The translations under genes and the position numbers were made by a program. Of a stretch of 64,000 nt of DNA, positions 28,480 through 38,227 are shown one piece after another (position 1 is the stretch's first letter; each line of letters starts with the position of its first letter). Location: NCBI GenBank assembly GCA_964586515.1, contig CAZPGJ010000004.1, positions 154,539 to 218,538 of the forward strand. The letters are read 5' to 3'. This stretch comes from an uncultured Dehalococcoidales bacterium. Lineage in GTDB: Bacteria; Chloroflexota; Dehalococcoidia; GIF9; AB-539-J10. The notes under the pieces were generated by a model. That model saw nothing but the letters and a program-made list of their open reading frames with translations. It was not told where the DNA came from and did not search any database.

Positions 28480-28576
28480 TTTGTTGAGATGACTAGATTG
28501 CTACGCCCTTCTAGCGAAGGGCTCGCAATGACAGAAGTGGTGTGCAATAGCGAAGTAGAAGACAGCTCGCAATGAC
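28480..28576. repeat. 54-bp direct repeat, right copy, plus an extra CTCGCAATGACA end
   Basis: 28480..28533 matches 27602..27655; second right end near 28566. Confidence 0.9.
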
Positions 28577-28598
28577 AAAGAAGAACGCAACGCCAGGT

Positions 28599-29501
28599 TT
28601 ATTTTCGCCTGCTTAAGGTGTTCAGGATTATGCCGGTGAAGATGCTTAATATGCCGGCCATAATGAATAGAGTGGTCAGTACGGTGCTGCCTATTGCTAG
28701 CTCGCCTGTTGCAGAGGCTATATGAACCACTCTGAAGCCGATGATGAGGCCAATCACCAGCAAGATGCCGCCCGCCAGTCCGAAGAAGAACAGGGGTCTC
28801 CTCTGTGAAATCATGACTACTATTCGGCTGATAATTTCTATGCCATGCCTTATCGGGTTGAGGGTTGAGCCATCTATGGTATATATGTTTGAGATGGGCA
28901 CCTCGGTTATCCTAAGGTTCTTCTCCACAGCGCGAACTATTGTTTCTTCTGATACGGCCATCCCCTTTTCCTTCAGCTCCAGTTCGGATATTGCCTTCCC
29001 AGAGAAGGCTCGAAAGCCACATTCGGAATCGGAGATATTGGTTTTTGAAGCGAGACGGGCTGAGTGTAAAAGGACTTTTTGTCCGAGGCGGCGGTAATGG
29101 GGAGTCTTATCTTTCTGTGCCTCTCTAGAGCCGATGGCGAGGTCAAAACCCTCCAAAATGGGTTTGATGAGAGCGGGAATTTCATTAGGGTCGTGCTGGG
29201 CATCGGCATCCAAGAGAACGAAGACATCTGGATTTCTCTTCTTTGCCTCTGCCAGTATGCTCTGGATAGCAGCCCCGTAGCCCTTGTTCTCGTGGTGTCG
29301 GATTACGGTGGCGCCAGCCAGCTCGGCAACCCTGGCTGTGTTATCGCTGCTTCCATCATCAGCGACAAGGACTTCATCCACGTATTGCCTTGCCTGGAGG
29401 ACTACGCTTCCTATATACCTTGCTTCATTGTATGCAGGTATGCCGGCAAGGACACTAACCTTATGTTCTTTGTTTTGAGTGTGAAGTCCAGAGCCTTTCA
29501 T
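28599..29501 (-). CDS. GT2 polyprenol-phosphate glycosyltransferase-like protein with C-terminal TM helices
   Basis: IPAYNEA, DDGSSD, NKGYGAA, LDADAQH, DSECGFRA. Confidence 0.85.
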   Translation of the reverse strand: MKGSGLHTQNKEHKVSVLAGIPAYNEARYIGSVVLQARQYVDEVLVADDGSSDNTARVAELAGATVIRHHENKGYGAAIQSILAEAKKRNPDVFVLLDADAQHDPNEIPALIKPILEGFDLAIGSREAQKDKTPHYRRLGQKVLLHSARLASKTNISDSECGFRAFSGKAISELELKEKGMAVSEETIVRAVEKNLRITEVPISNIYTIDGSTLNPIRHGIEIISRIVVMISQRRPLFFFGLAGGILLVIGLIIGFRVVHIASATGELAIGSTVLTTLFIMAGILSIFTGIILNTLSRRK

Positions 29502-29575
29502 TCTATCTCTACTTTTGCCAGATTGCGGGGTTTGTCAGGGTCATACCATCGATTGATATAGGGAGGTAATAAGCT
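29498..29575 (-). pseudogene. Remnant second copy of the glmS 3' end
   Basis: Encodes INRWYDPDKPRNLAKVEIE-stop; 29513..29542 is identical to 30698..30727. Confidence 0.85.
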
Positions 29576-29718
29576 GTTCGAGTCTAACGTGCACCCACGA
29601 CTTACGGTAAGTAACCCTTTATCTTCCATGACAACTGAAATCATAAGCCATAGCGTAATTCATTGCAAGCCTTGAGTTTGTTAAGCTATACTACATTAAG
29701 TTTTTCGAAGGTAAGGCC

Positions 29719-30651
29719 ATGAAGGTTTTAGTGACTGGCGGAGCTGGCTTTATTGGCTCGCACTTGGTTGACGCGTTAATACAACAAGGGCATCGAGTGG
29801 TTGTGGTAGATAACCTATCAACGGGCCAGCTTGAGAATATTAACTCAGCAGCAGTGTTTTATAAGGTGGATATTTGCAGCCCTGAACTGGAAAGGATATT
29901 CGAGGAGGAAAGACCAGAGCTAGTTAATCATCAAGCGGCTCAAACAGTGATCCAGAAATCGATGGAGGATCCTGCGTTTGATGCGAAGCAAAACATCTTG
30001 GGTGGCTTGAACCTCATTTTGCAATGTGTGCGGTTTGGGGTCAAGAAGATTGTGTATGCATCCTCTGTGGGAGTATATGGCGGACCAAGATATCGCCCGG
30101 TAGATGAAAGTCATCCAGTAAATCCAATGTCCTATTATGGGATCTCAAAACACACGATAGAGCATTATCTTCACGTTTTCTGTCTTGAGTACGCACTGCG
30201 CTATGTAGTGCTCAGGTACTCCAATGTCTATGGTCCAAGGCAGAATTCTAAAGGTGAAGCTGGAGTGGTAGCTATCTTCACTTGTCAAATGTTGCAGGGA
30301 GAGCGTCCTACTATATTTGGCAAGGGGGATAAAACTCGCGACTATGTCTATGTATCTGATGTAGTGACAGCCAATCTTCTGGCCATGGAAAAAGGTGAGA
30401 ATATTATCCATAATATTGGCACTGGGGTGGAGACATCGGATCAGGAAATATTCAATCTTTTGGCTGGGTTGGTAGGGTATCATGGTAGTCCTCATTATGC
30501 ACCGGTGCGGAAGGGGGAGATCTATAGAATTTACCTAGATTATTCGAAAGCCCGAAAGGAAATGGGTTGGCAGCCGCGATTCTCGCTCAGAGACGGGTTA
30601 GCGGAAACAGTTGGGTATTATCGAAGCGTGTTAGCGAAACAACGCATATAG
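29719..30651 (+). CDS. NAD-dependent epimerase/dehydratase (GalE-like)
   Basis: GGAGFIGSH, YGISK, LRYSNVYGPRQ, RDYVYVSDV. Confidence 0.88.
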   Translation: MKVLVTGGAGFIGSHLVDALIQQGHRVVVVDNLSTGQLENINSAAVFYKVDICSPELERIFEEERPELVNHQAAQTVIQKSMEDPAFDAKQNILGGLNLILQCVRFGVKKIVYASSVGVYGGPRYRPVDESHPVNPMSYYGISKHTIEHYLHVFCLEYALRYVVLRYSNVYGPRQNSKGEAGVVAIFTCQMLQGERPTIFGKGDKTRDYVYVSDVVTANLLAMEKGENIIHNIGTGVETSDQEIFNLLAGLVGYHGSPHYAPVRKGEIYRIYLDYSKARKEMGWQPRFSLRDGLAETVGYYRSVLAKQRI

Positions 30652-30679
30652 GAAGTAATGCTGCCGTGTCTTACCTTGT

Positions 30680-32455
30680 TTACTTCACAGTTACCGATTT
30701 TGCCAGATTGCGGGGTTTGTCAGGGTCGCATCCCCGATTGACAGCGAGGTAGTAAGCCAGGAGCTGGAGGGGGACTACGGCGACCATAGGATAGAATAAC
30801 TCATCGACTTCGGGGAGCCTGACCCAGGAATCATAAATGTCACTTTTCCTATCGGAGACGCCGATAATATAGGCGCCACGTGATTTAGCCTCCATAGCAT
30901 TGCTCAGGGTTTCGGAAAAGGTGTAGTCAGCAGGGCAAATCACAACTACCGGTGTGCCGGGCTCTATGAGGGCTAAGGTGCCGTGCTTGAGTTCCCCGGC
31001 GGCCATACCTTCAGCATGGATATAGGAAACCTCCTTAAGCTTCAAGGCACCTTCAGCGGCGATGGCAAAGTTAATTCCTCTGGCTATGTAGTAGACATCA
31101 TTCCTGTCTTTTAGCTTCTGGCTGAGCTTGATAAGCTCGCTTTTGTTCCAGTCCAGAACGCTGATTATCTCGCTGTTCAAGCTGGCAAGCCTGGCTGCCG
31201 CTTCGTCGAAAGAGTTAACCATGGAGAAGGACAACAGGTAGAATATGGCTAGTTGGGAGAGGAAGGTTTTGGTAGCAGCTACGGCTATCTCAGAACCACA
31301 ATTCAGGTAAATGACCTGGTGGCTCAGGTCAGCCAGTATGGAGTTGGGGCGATTGATGATGGAGATAATTTGAGCTCCAGCATCTTTAGCCGCTTTTACC
31401 CCTTCAACTACATCAGTAGTCTCGCCACTCTGAGAAACAGCGAGGACAATGGTGTTTTTGTCCACGGAGCTGGCGAAATAACCGAACTCAGAGGCCATAA
31501 CTACATCGCAAAACTTCTTGCCCACTCTGGAAAAGAGGTATCTGCCGACCAGAGCGGCATAGCGAGAGGTGCCACAGGCAGTTATAATCACTTGCCTTGC
31601 TCTCAGAATGTCTAGGGCAATCTCGTTAAAGCTCTTCTCGTCTTGATGGGCTATTTGGCTAAGCACCTGAGTTTGCTCCATTATCTCCTTGAGCATGAAA
31701 TACTGATAGCCTCCTTTGTGGCTCTCAGCCCAGCTATGGTCGAGCTTCCTGGATTGCTTGACCAGCTTGTTTCCCTGGGCATCGAAGAATTGGATTCCTT
31801 CTTGTGTCAGCATCACCACTTCGTTATCTTCCAAACTCATCACCTGCTTGGTATATTGAGAGAAAGCCAGAGCATCGCTACTAACATAGTAATCGGAGGC
31901 ATCAATGCCCACAATCAGGGGATTATTCCTCCTTGTGCCTATGATTTTGCCGGGGTCATCAAGGGATGTGGCCAGAAAGGCGTAGGAGCCCTCGAGTTTC
32001 GGCGCTATATTTAACACAGCCTGTTGCAGGGAGCATCCGTTTTTGAGCTCATCTTCGAGGAGGTGAGGGATGACTTCGGTATCCGTTTCCGAAGTAAACT
32101 TGTGTCCCATCTTGATAAGTTTCTGGCGAAGCTGCTGATTGTTCTCAATGATGCCGTTGTGAACTATAGCCACTTTGCCACTACAATCGGAATGAGGGTG
32201 GGCATTGAGTTGGGTAACAGCGCCATGGGTTGCCCAACGAGTATGCCCAATGGCTATAGTGCCGGGAAGGCTCGCCAGGTTCTGTTTCTGGATGACTTCG
32301 TCCACCTTGCCGGCATCTTTCCTTATCAATAGCCTGCCATCATATAAAGAGGCTATGCCTGCTGAATCATAGCCCCGATATTCCAGACGCTTTAAAGCAT
32401 CGAGAACAATGGGAACTGCCGACTTCTGACCACAATAGCCAATGATGCCGCACAT
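30680..32455 (-). CDS. glmS: Glutamine-fructose-6-phosphate aminotransferase
   Basis: MCGIIGY, LEYRGYDSAG, GHTRWATHG, PRNLAKSVTV. Confidence 0.97.
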   Translation of the reverse strand: MCGIIGYCGQKSAVPIVLDALKRLEYRGYDSAGIASLYDGRLLIRKDAGKVDEVIQKQNLASLPGTIAIGHTRWATHGAVTQLNAHPHSDCSGKVAIVHNGIIENNQQLRQKLIKMGHKFTSETDTEVIPHLLEDELKNGCSLQQAVLNIAPKLEGSYAFLATSLDDPGKIIGTRRNNPLIVGIDASDYYVSSDALAFSQYTKQVMSLEDNEVVMLTQEGIQFFDAQGNKLVKQSRKLDHSWAESHKGGYQYFMLKEIMEQTQVLSQIAHQDEKSFNEIALDILRARQVIITACGTSRYAALVGRYLFSRVGKKFCDVVMASEFGYFASSVDKNTIVLAVSQSGETTDVVEGVKAAKDAGAQIISIINRPNSILADLSHQVIYLNCGSEIAVAATKTFLSQLAIFYLLSFSMVNSFDEAAARLASLNSEIISVLDWNKSELIKLSQKLKDRNDVYYIARGINFAIAAEGALKLKEVSYIHAEGMAAGELKHGTLALIEPGTPVVVICPADYTFSETLSNAMEAKSRGAYIIGVSDRKSDIYDSWVRLPEVDELFYPMVAVVPLQLLAYYLAVNRGCDPDKPRNLAKSVTVK

Positions 32456-32596
32456 CTTAACCTTCCCCGACTAGAGTGAAGCTAATTGTCTTGAGTACCT
32501 GTGACAACCTCTTTTTTGACTCTTGACTTTCTACGATAGACATGTCGCTAATTAGCTCAATATTAATTATATCGCGATTTGGTTTATATTCAACCT

Positions 32597-33922
32597 TCAT
32601 GCTTGGTTTTCTAGCTTTCTTAGTAGCTCTCTTCTTTTGCCTTCGTCAAGTCTTATTTCGTTGTCCTCTACCTGGTATCGGGGCTCAAGCAGGACCATCT
32701 TATTCGCACCCAGGTCTTGGCTCAAACATACCTGTGGTCCTACGAAAGAATCAGGACCCACTCGAACCCCGGGCATGAGGCTGGCATTTACTCCGATGCG
32801 GCAACCTCGACCCACAATTGCCCCTAGTTTATCATAGGTGGTATCCACCAGAGTATCACCGACTTTTATCCGGATATTCCCTTCATCGAGCCGGAAATTA
32901 GCCAGCACAGTACCAGCACCCAAAGAGCAACCATCATCCACTATGGAGTCACCGATATAATTGGAGTGAAACCAGCAATTATCGCCGATGTAGGAGTGCT
33001 TTACCTCAGTGGAATAGCCAATAACAGAGTTAGAACCAATGTGGCTGTAGTCTCGCACCAGGGCATTATTGCCAATGATGGACTTTGCCCCGATATACAC
33101 AGGACCTCGAATCACAGCATTTTCCAATACCTTAACATTATCGCTCAGGATAACTTTTCCTTCGATGTTCGCTTTCTTGGAGACACGGGCTGAAGAGGCA
33201 ATATAAGGTTGAGCGTTGTCCAGAAAATACTCCATTACTTTGAAGATATGCCAGGGGTATTTTATGGGTGCCCAGAAATCGTTGTGGGGAATCACCTTGA
33301 TCTTGTGTCCTGACTTCACCATGTTGTCCAGGGCGCATTCATAGACATCATCCCTGTTGGTCCGCACGGTTTTAATATAGCGTAAAAGCTCTTCCGAGTT
33401 ATTATGGCAGTGAATCAGGATGTTTACTAGGTTGCTGGGTTCCTTACCGGGAGTGGGCTTTTCCACGATGTGTAGTAGCTCATTTTGAGAGTTTACCTGG
33501 AGATAGCCTCCCGGGAAGTATTTCTGGACTTGATAACCCAGGATATAAGAGGATGTAGAGGTTTTTTTAGCTGCGGCGATGATTTTGGTGTACGCTGAGC
33601 TTGAGAAGACATCATTGGGATTTATGACCAAAAGCTGCCCGTGCAGGAAGGGCTCAGCGCTTTTCAAAGCATCAGCGATACCTGATGACTTTTTTTGTAA
33701 AGCAAGGTCAACTTTTATCCCGGGAATTTTTTTAGTTATTTGCTTTATCTTCGCTGTGTTTTTCGGATTCCCAATGATTACAAAATGACTCAAACCTGCC
33801 TCGCAGGCTACTTCTATTTGATGTTCGAGCAATGGCTTCCCGAGAAAATCAAGAAGGAACTTGTCTTCAGTGATGGGAAACATCCTTTTGCCGCGGCCAC
33901 CGCAGAGAAATACAGCTTTCAC
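32597..33922 (-). CDS. glmU: Bifunctional sugar-1-phosphate nucleotidyltransferase/acetyltransferase (archaeal GlmU type)
   Basis: Nucleotidyltransferase N-terminus plus beta-helix with YIGDSIV, GAGTVLANFR, KLGAIVG; located between glmM and glmS. Confidence 0.75.
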   Translation of the reverse strand: MKAVFLCGGRGKRMFPITEDKFLLDFLGKPLLEHQIEVACEAGLSHFVIIGNPKNTAKIKQITKKIPGIKVDLALQKKSSGIADALKSAEPFLHGQLLVINPNDVFSSSAYTKIIAAAKKTSTSSYILGYQVQKYFPGGYLQVNSQNELLHIVEKPTPGKEPSNLVNILIHCHNNSEELLRYIKTVRTNRDDVYECALDNMVKSGHKIKVIPHNDFWAPIKYPWHIFKVMEYFLDNAQPYIASSARVSKKANIEGKVILSDNVKVLENAVIRGPVYIGAKSIIGNNALVRDYSHIGSNSVIGYSTEVKHSYIGDNCWFHSNYIGDSIVDDGCSLGAGTVLANFRLDEGNIRIKVGDTLVDTTYDKLGAIVGRGCRIGVNASLMPGVRVGPDSFVGPQVCLSQDLGANKMVLLEPRYQVEDNEIRLDEGKRRELLRKLENQA

Positions 33923-35280
33923 CTGTTAGCCTCCACCAGACTTTGAACAAGTTTTTTGCCTTTGTTTATAAGCTCATCAGTCTGTGTCTGCGATGTTGAC
34001 TCGGAGATTACTCGGAGGACAGGTTCGGTGCCACTAGCTCTGATAAGTATCCAGGAGTCAGGAAAATCCAGCCTCAGGCCATCAAGAGTATTTATCTCAT
34101 CATAAGCAAATAGGTGAGCCTTTTCTTTTACCTGAGCCATGACTGACTCTTTAAGTTCATCAGGACAAAAAACCTTTGCTTTTCCGAAGAATAGTCTGGG
34201 CATACCTTGGAAGAATTGTCTGATTTCGCCAGCATTGCTTAGCTGACTTAACAAGAAAAGTGAGGCGAAAATGCTATCGGGATAATAGCCCGCTTCGGGG
34301 ATGATGTAGACACCTACCTGTTCCACTCCTAAGGCAGCATCGAGCTCCTGGGCTAGATGAGCCACAGCGACATCGCCAACCCTGCCTTTAATCACTTCTA
34401 CTCCCAGGTCTTTCACTGCCAGGTCAAGAAGTGTTCCAGTTTCTACTGTGGTGGCAATCTTTTTCCTTCCCGTTTTCTTGACGACCAATCTCGAGATGAA
34501 GGCGATGGGCTCGTTGAAACCGAGGAAACCTTCTTTATCGCAGAAAACAACGCGGTCAGCATCGCCATCAAAGCAAATAGCTAAGTCAGCATTATGTTGT
34601 CTCAGGAAATTAACTGTGTCCTGAAGAGTATCCTCCTTGGGATCGGGGCTTCTCCCCAGGAAAAGGCCATCTGGCTCATCATTTACAGGTAGTACATCAA
34701 GGCCCATCTGGACAAAGATGGCGCTGGCAAAGTTGGAGGCAGCGCCATTGCCAGGGTCAACGACTATTTTTAGGTGAGGATTAAATCCTGGCCGAGAAAG
34801 CTTGCCTTTAATAAAGGAAAGGTATCTTTGTTTCATATCTTGTGCTTGCTCCAAAGTTCCTTTCTTCCCCTGGCGGAATTTTTGTTCAAAATAGACTTTC
34901 TCTATCTCCGCTTCTTGAGCCTGGCTATATCCCAGCGAATTCTCGGTGAAGAGCTTGATTCCATTGAACTCAGGTGGATTGTGGGAGGCTGTGACCATAA
35001 TTCCAGCGGCAAAGCCCGATTCCCGGGTGAGTAATGCCAGCGCTGGAGTAGGCAGAATGCCTAAATCAACTACGTTTATGCCACAGGAAAGCAAGCCTGC
35101 ACAAACTGCTTCCTTAATTACATCCCTGCTTATCCTGGTGTCGGTAGCGATACAAACTGTGGAGGCCGGAGGCAGGGTAGTGCCTATGGCTAAGGCAACC
35201 CGGCGGTAGAAATCGGGCGATAAATCTTGGTTGATTACGCCCCGGATACCACTGGTCCCAAATAGTCTCCTTGTGTGCAT
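33919..35280 (-). CDS. glmM: Phosphoglucosamine/phosphomannomutase
   Basis: LFGTSGIRG, MVTASHNPP, FDGDADR, RASGTEP; start trimmed to ATG 35280. Confidence 0.8.
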   Translation of the reverse strand: MHTRRLFGTSGIRGVINQDLSPDFYRRVALAIGTTLPPASTVCIATDTRISRDVIKEAVCAGLLSCGINVVDLGILPTPALALLTRESGFAAGIMVTASHNPPEFNGIKLFTENSLGYSQAQEAEIEKVYFEQKFRQGKKGTLEQAQDMKQRYLSFIKGKLSRPGFNPHLKIVVDPGNGAASNFASAIFVQMGLDVLPVNDEPDGLFLGRSPDPKEDTLQDTVNFLRQHNADLAICFDGDADRVVFCDKEGFLGFNEPIAFISRLVVKKTGRKKIATTVETGTLLDLAVKDLGVEVIKGRVGDVAVAHLAQELDAALGVEQVGVYIIPEAGYYPDSIFASLFLLSQLSNAGEIRQFFQGMPRLFFGKAKVFCPDELKESVMAQVKEKAHLFAYDEINTLDGLRLDFPDSWILIRASGTEPVLRVISESTSQTQTDELINKGKKLVQSLVEANR

Positions 35281-35294
35281 TTCCTGTCTGCCCG

Positions 35295-35359
35295 TGTCAT
35301 CCTGAGCGAAGCGAAGGATCTCCGAGATTCTTCGGTCGTTACACTCCCTCAGAATGACA
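35295..35359. repeat. Complete GTCA/TGAC palindromic unit
   Basis: TGTCATCCTGAGCGAAGCGAAGGATCTC-CGAGATTC...CTCAGAATGACA. Confidence 0.85.
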
Positions 35360-35488
35360 TGAGGGGTGAGTAGTTGCATTAAGTAGAGGATAGCACGGAA
35401 TCGAGTGGTTGGCAATTAGTACACAATGTAATGATATATGTTAAACTATGCTTCCCGGTCGTAAGCAGCGCTGTTTTGGAAGCATATA

Positions 35489-35935
35489 ATGATAAGGGAA
35501 ATAGCTTTAACTCTGTTAGCCACAGTTTTGCCCATTAGTGAATTAAGGGGTGGTATACCATTGGGCATATCTTTGGGATTGAACCCCTGGTTTACATTCT
35601 TTATAGCGGTCGTTGCTAACGCCTTGATATTTTTCCCCATCTTCTTTATTTTGCGCCTTTTTTACGATAAGCTCTTGTCCCGAATCCCGTTGTTCAACAA
35701 GTATCTGGATAGCTTAAGGAAAAGAGGCAAGCCGAGAGTAGATAAATATGGATTCTGGGGATTATTTTTGTTTGTGGCTGTGCCCTTGCCTCTCACTGGG
35801 GCGTATACGGGGACTATTTTGGCCTGGCTACTGGACATGGATTGGAAGAAAGCCTTTCCTGCCGTTGGGCTGGGTGTAGTTGTGGCTGGCATCGTAGTGC
35901 TCTTAATAACTCTGGGGGTAACTAGCACTTCCTGA
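35489..35935 (+). CDS. Small multi-drug export family membrane protein (COG2426-like)
   Basis: LPISELRGGIP, FVAVPLPLTGAYTG. Confidence 0.8.
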   Translation: MIREIALTLLATVLPISELRGGIPLGISLGLNPWFTFFIAVVANALIFFPIFFILRLFYDKLLSRIPLFNKYLDSLRKRGKPRVDKYGFWGLFLFVAVPLPLTGAYTGTILAWLLDMDWKKAFPAVGLGVVVAGIVVLLITLGVTSTS

Positions 35936-36037
35936 GAACGAAGTTTTTCAGGGGTAACTAAATTAAACTCCAATAATCAATTCAGGAGCGATTTTTGCTA
36001 GGGCGAGCATAACGATCTTAAGCATAGTCGATAATAA

Positions 36038-36073
36038 AAGGCTGGGTATCCTTATGTACAGATACCCAGCCTT
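36038..36073 (-). terminator. Intrinsic terminator
   Basis: 13-bp stem AAGGCTGGGTATC / GATACCCAGCCTT with 10-nt loop, followed by TTATTAT on the minus strand. Confidence 0.7.
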
Positions 36074-36103
36074 CCGGTGATTCTGCCACCTATGATATTA
36101 GCT

Positions 36104-36244
36104 TTAACCCTTCCCTATTCTGAACATCTTGGTCCCGCATACGGGACATACGCCTTGAGTAGCCGGCCTGCGGTTCTTCATGATTATGCTTCTGGTATTC
36201 TTCATTTCCCTTTTAGCACGGCACTTCATGCAGTATGCTTGCAT
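36104..36244 (-). CDS. 46-aa zinc-finger protein (DUF5679-like), not in the ORF track
   Basis: MQAYCMKCRAKREMKNTRSIIMKNRRPATQGVCPVCGTKMFRIGKG; GGAGGT RBS; own terminator. Confidence 0.85.
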   Translation of the reverse strand: MQAYCMKCRAKREMKNTRSIIMKNRRPATQGVCPVCGTKMFRIGKG

Positions 36245-36487
36245 CTGTTCACCTCCCTTTTTGTAAAAGGATAAGCCATCCACTACTAGAATGTCAATAG
36301 GTTTCCCTTAAATATTGTAAAAAGTTTCGTTACTTATGCGTATTATTTCCAATTTGGAGATGAAATTTATCAAATGGTGGACGGATGCTTTAAAAATTTG
36401 ATGACTGAATTTCATGAATATGAAGGTCTCGTTGACGTGTTCACTGGTGGCGGGTTGGGTTACTTACTTAAATGATTTGACCACAAG

Positions 36488-37084
36488 TTAGATGTGAAGT
36501 TGCTGTAGCACTTGGCGTGCCTCCTGACTTGCTCGAGCGCGGTGGCTGATTTGATTCTTCATCTCCGATGGAAGTTCGGCCATGGTCTTACCTAGTTCAG
36601 TAAGAAAAAAAATAGGGTCATAGCCAAAGCCATTTTCTCCTTTAGCCTCAAGGGTGATCATGCCATGACACTCGCCATAACATACTTTAGATTGATCCTC
36701 TGGAGTAGCTATAGCAATGACGCACTTAAAACAGGCTGTTCGTCTCTCCCAGGGAACGCCGTTAAGTTTAGCTAAGAGAAGGCTCACTTTCTCTGCATCA
36801 GTAGCAGCTTCACCAGCAAAGCGAGCTGACTTGACACCCGGCTCCCCATTAAGGGCATCCACCTCCAGTCCCGAGTCATCGGCAAGAGCAGTGAGCTGGC
36901 TTAACTTGGCATAAGTAATGGCCTTTAACCGAGCATTTTGCTCGTAGCTATTCCCCGACTCGGTGACGACTTTTGCTATTCCTTCTTCGGCTAGCGTGGT
37001 TATTTTATAACCAAGACCAGCTAAGAGAAAGCGATACTCCTTGATCTTCCCGGAATTGAAGGTAGCTAAGAGAAGCTTCGGCAT
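36488..37084 (-). CDS. rdgB: XTP/dITP pyrophosphatase
   Basis: LATFNSGK, ADDSGLEVDALNGEPGV, GFGYDPIF, SHRARA; start trimmed to ATG 37084. Confidence 0.92.
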   Translation of the reverse strand: MPKLLLATFNSGKIKEYRFLLAGLGYKITTLAEEGIAKVVTESGNSYEQNARLKAITYAKLSQLTALADDSGLEVDALNGEPGVKSARFAGEAATDAEKVSLLLAKLNGVPWERRTACFKCVIAIATPEDQSKVCYGECHGMITLEAKGENGFGYDPIFFLTELGKTMAELPSEMKNQISHRARASQEARQVLQQLHI

Positions 37085-37091
37085 TTTGTCG

Positions 37092-38186
37092 TTAGATATC
37101 TTGAAATCTTGGTGCCAGCTTCTTTGCCACTTCAGGCATGGTGGTGTATTCCATTTCCTCAAGCGGGAGACGATGCGGTTCAAACGGGCCCATTCGGCGC
37201 AGGAAATCCGCCATAATGTTTGCCTGGTGACGAGCCTCATCGAAAGCAGGGTCATCGAAGAGGTCACGAGGCCCGACAAGCTTGCCATTAGCAATTTGGA
37301 AACCAGCAGCTACCACTCGTGGTGGACCGTCGAAGCGGCAAGGATTACTTTCCCGGACAGCTACCGGCATTAAGGGCCCGTGGTGGGACCCTCTCATCCA
37401 GCCTTCTACTATATGAGGAGATGCAAAGGGTTCTAATACTTCGCCCACGGCGGGAAATTTTCCCTGGGAGCGAACGATGCAGACAGGGTCATCCTTGCCT
37501 ACATATCGGCCTGCCATGAGAGATAGTCTCTGAGTAGAAGAGACAGCAGCGATTTCACCACTCTCCTTATGGTACACCGCTTTAACGGCATAGCGGCTTG
37601 GTGCGCCGAGAAAAACCAGCATGTCGTAAATCTCTTCGGGAGCGTTAAAAGTGATTTTTTTGTGCTTTTTGACGTCGTGGACTTCAAAGGTGAAGCCAGA
37701 GTGCATATTGGAGGCAATAACTAGCCCAATGGTGTTGAAAGGGTCAGCGAATATTTTATATAGTGGCAGATTCCAGGCGCCAGATGCCGTCTTATCTGCC
37801 ATAAATATGACTATGGTTTCAGCCTGGCGCTCGGAAAATTGCATCTCAGCCGTACCAGGTCCCATCCCTTTGACAGTGCCAGAGAAAGCATCAGATAGAA
37901 GGTCCTGCCCGGCACCATGTAGCTTCAAACGCTTAGCTACATTGGTGCATTCCACAAATGTATCCCAGGCTAACTTGTGGACTTGTTCACCATCTTCACC
38001 CTGTTGGTGGGTCATTATCAACTGGAGGTCGTCGCCACAAACTGTAACGTGATAGTCTATGAGCAGCCCCTGGCCTTGGGCATGTTCCAGTTTTTCCTTA
38101 GCCTTTTGTATTACATCGGGGTGGCTGGAAGAATGCCCGACATAGCCACCGACATCTGCTTTGATAACGCTTAAAGTTAATTCCAT
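37092..38186 (-). CDS. fbp: Fructose-1,6-bisphosphate aldolase/phosphatase (class V)
   Basis: LSVIKADVGG, GDDLQL, GAGQDLL, YVGKDDPV, GWMRGSH; AGGAGG RBS. Confidence 0.93.
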   Translation of the reverse strand: MELTLSVIKADVGGYVGHSSSHPDVIQKAKEKLEHAQGQGLLIDYHVTVCGDDLQLIMTHQQGEDGEQVHKLAWDTFVECTNVAKRLKLHGAGQDLLSDAFSGTVKGMGPGTAEMQFSERQAETIVIFMADKTASGAWNLPLYKIFADPFNTIGLVIASNMHSGFTFEVHDVKKHKKITFNAPEEIYDMLVFLGAPSRYAVKAVYHKESGEIAAVSSTQRLSLMAGRYVGKDDPVCIVRSQGKFPAVGEVLEPFASPHIVEGWMRGSHHGPLMPVAVRESNPCRFDGPPRVVAAGFQIANGKLVGPRDLFDDPAFDEARHQANIMADFLRRMGPFEPHRLPLEEMEYTTMPEVAKKLAPRFQDI

Positions 38187-38227
38187 TTTACCTCCTACCA
38201 TAGTTTAACAATGGAAAGGGGTGAACG

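Noticed and set aside
2335-28576. CRISPR arrays suggested by recurrent palindromes
   Set aside because: No regular repeat-spacer periodicity and no cas genes; the units are dispersed REP-like elements.
32456-32596. glmS ribozyme
   Set aside because: The 140-nt spacer lacks the AGCGCC...GACGAGG core elements.
35281-35415. N-terminal extension of glmM in the ORF track
   Set aside because: The extension is a translated palindromic repeat; conservation starts at ATG 35280, so it is not counted as an in-frame insertion.
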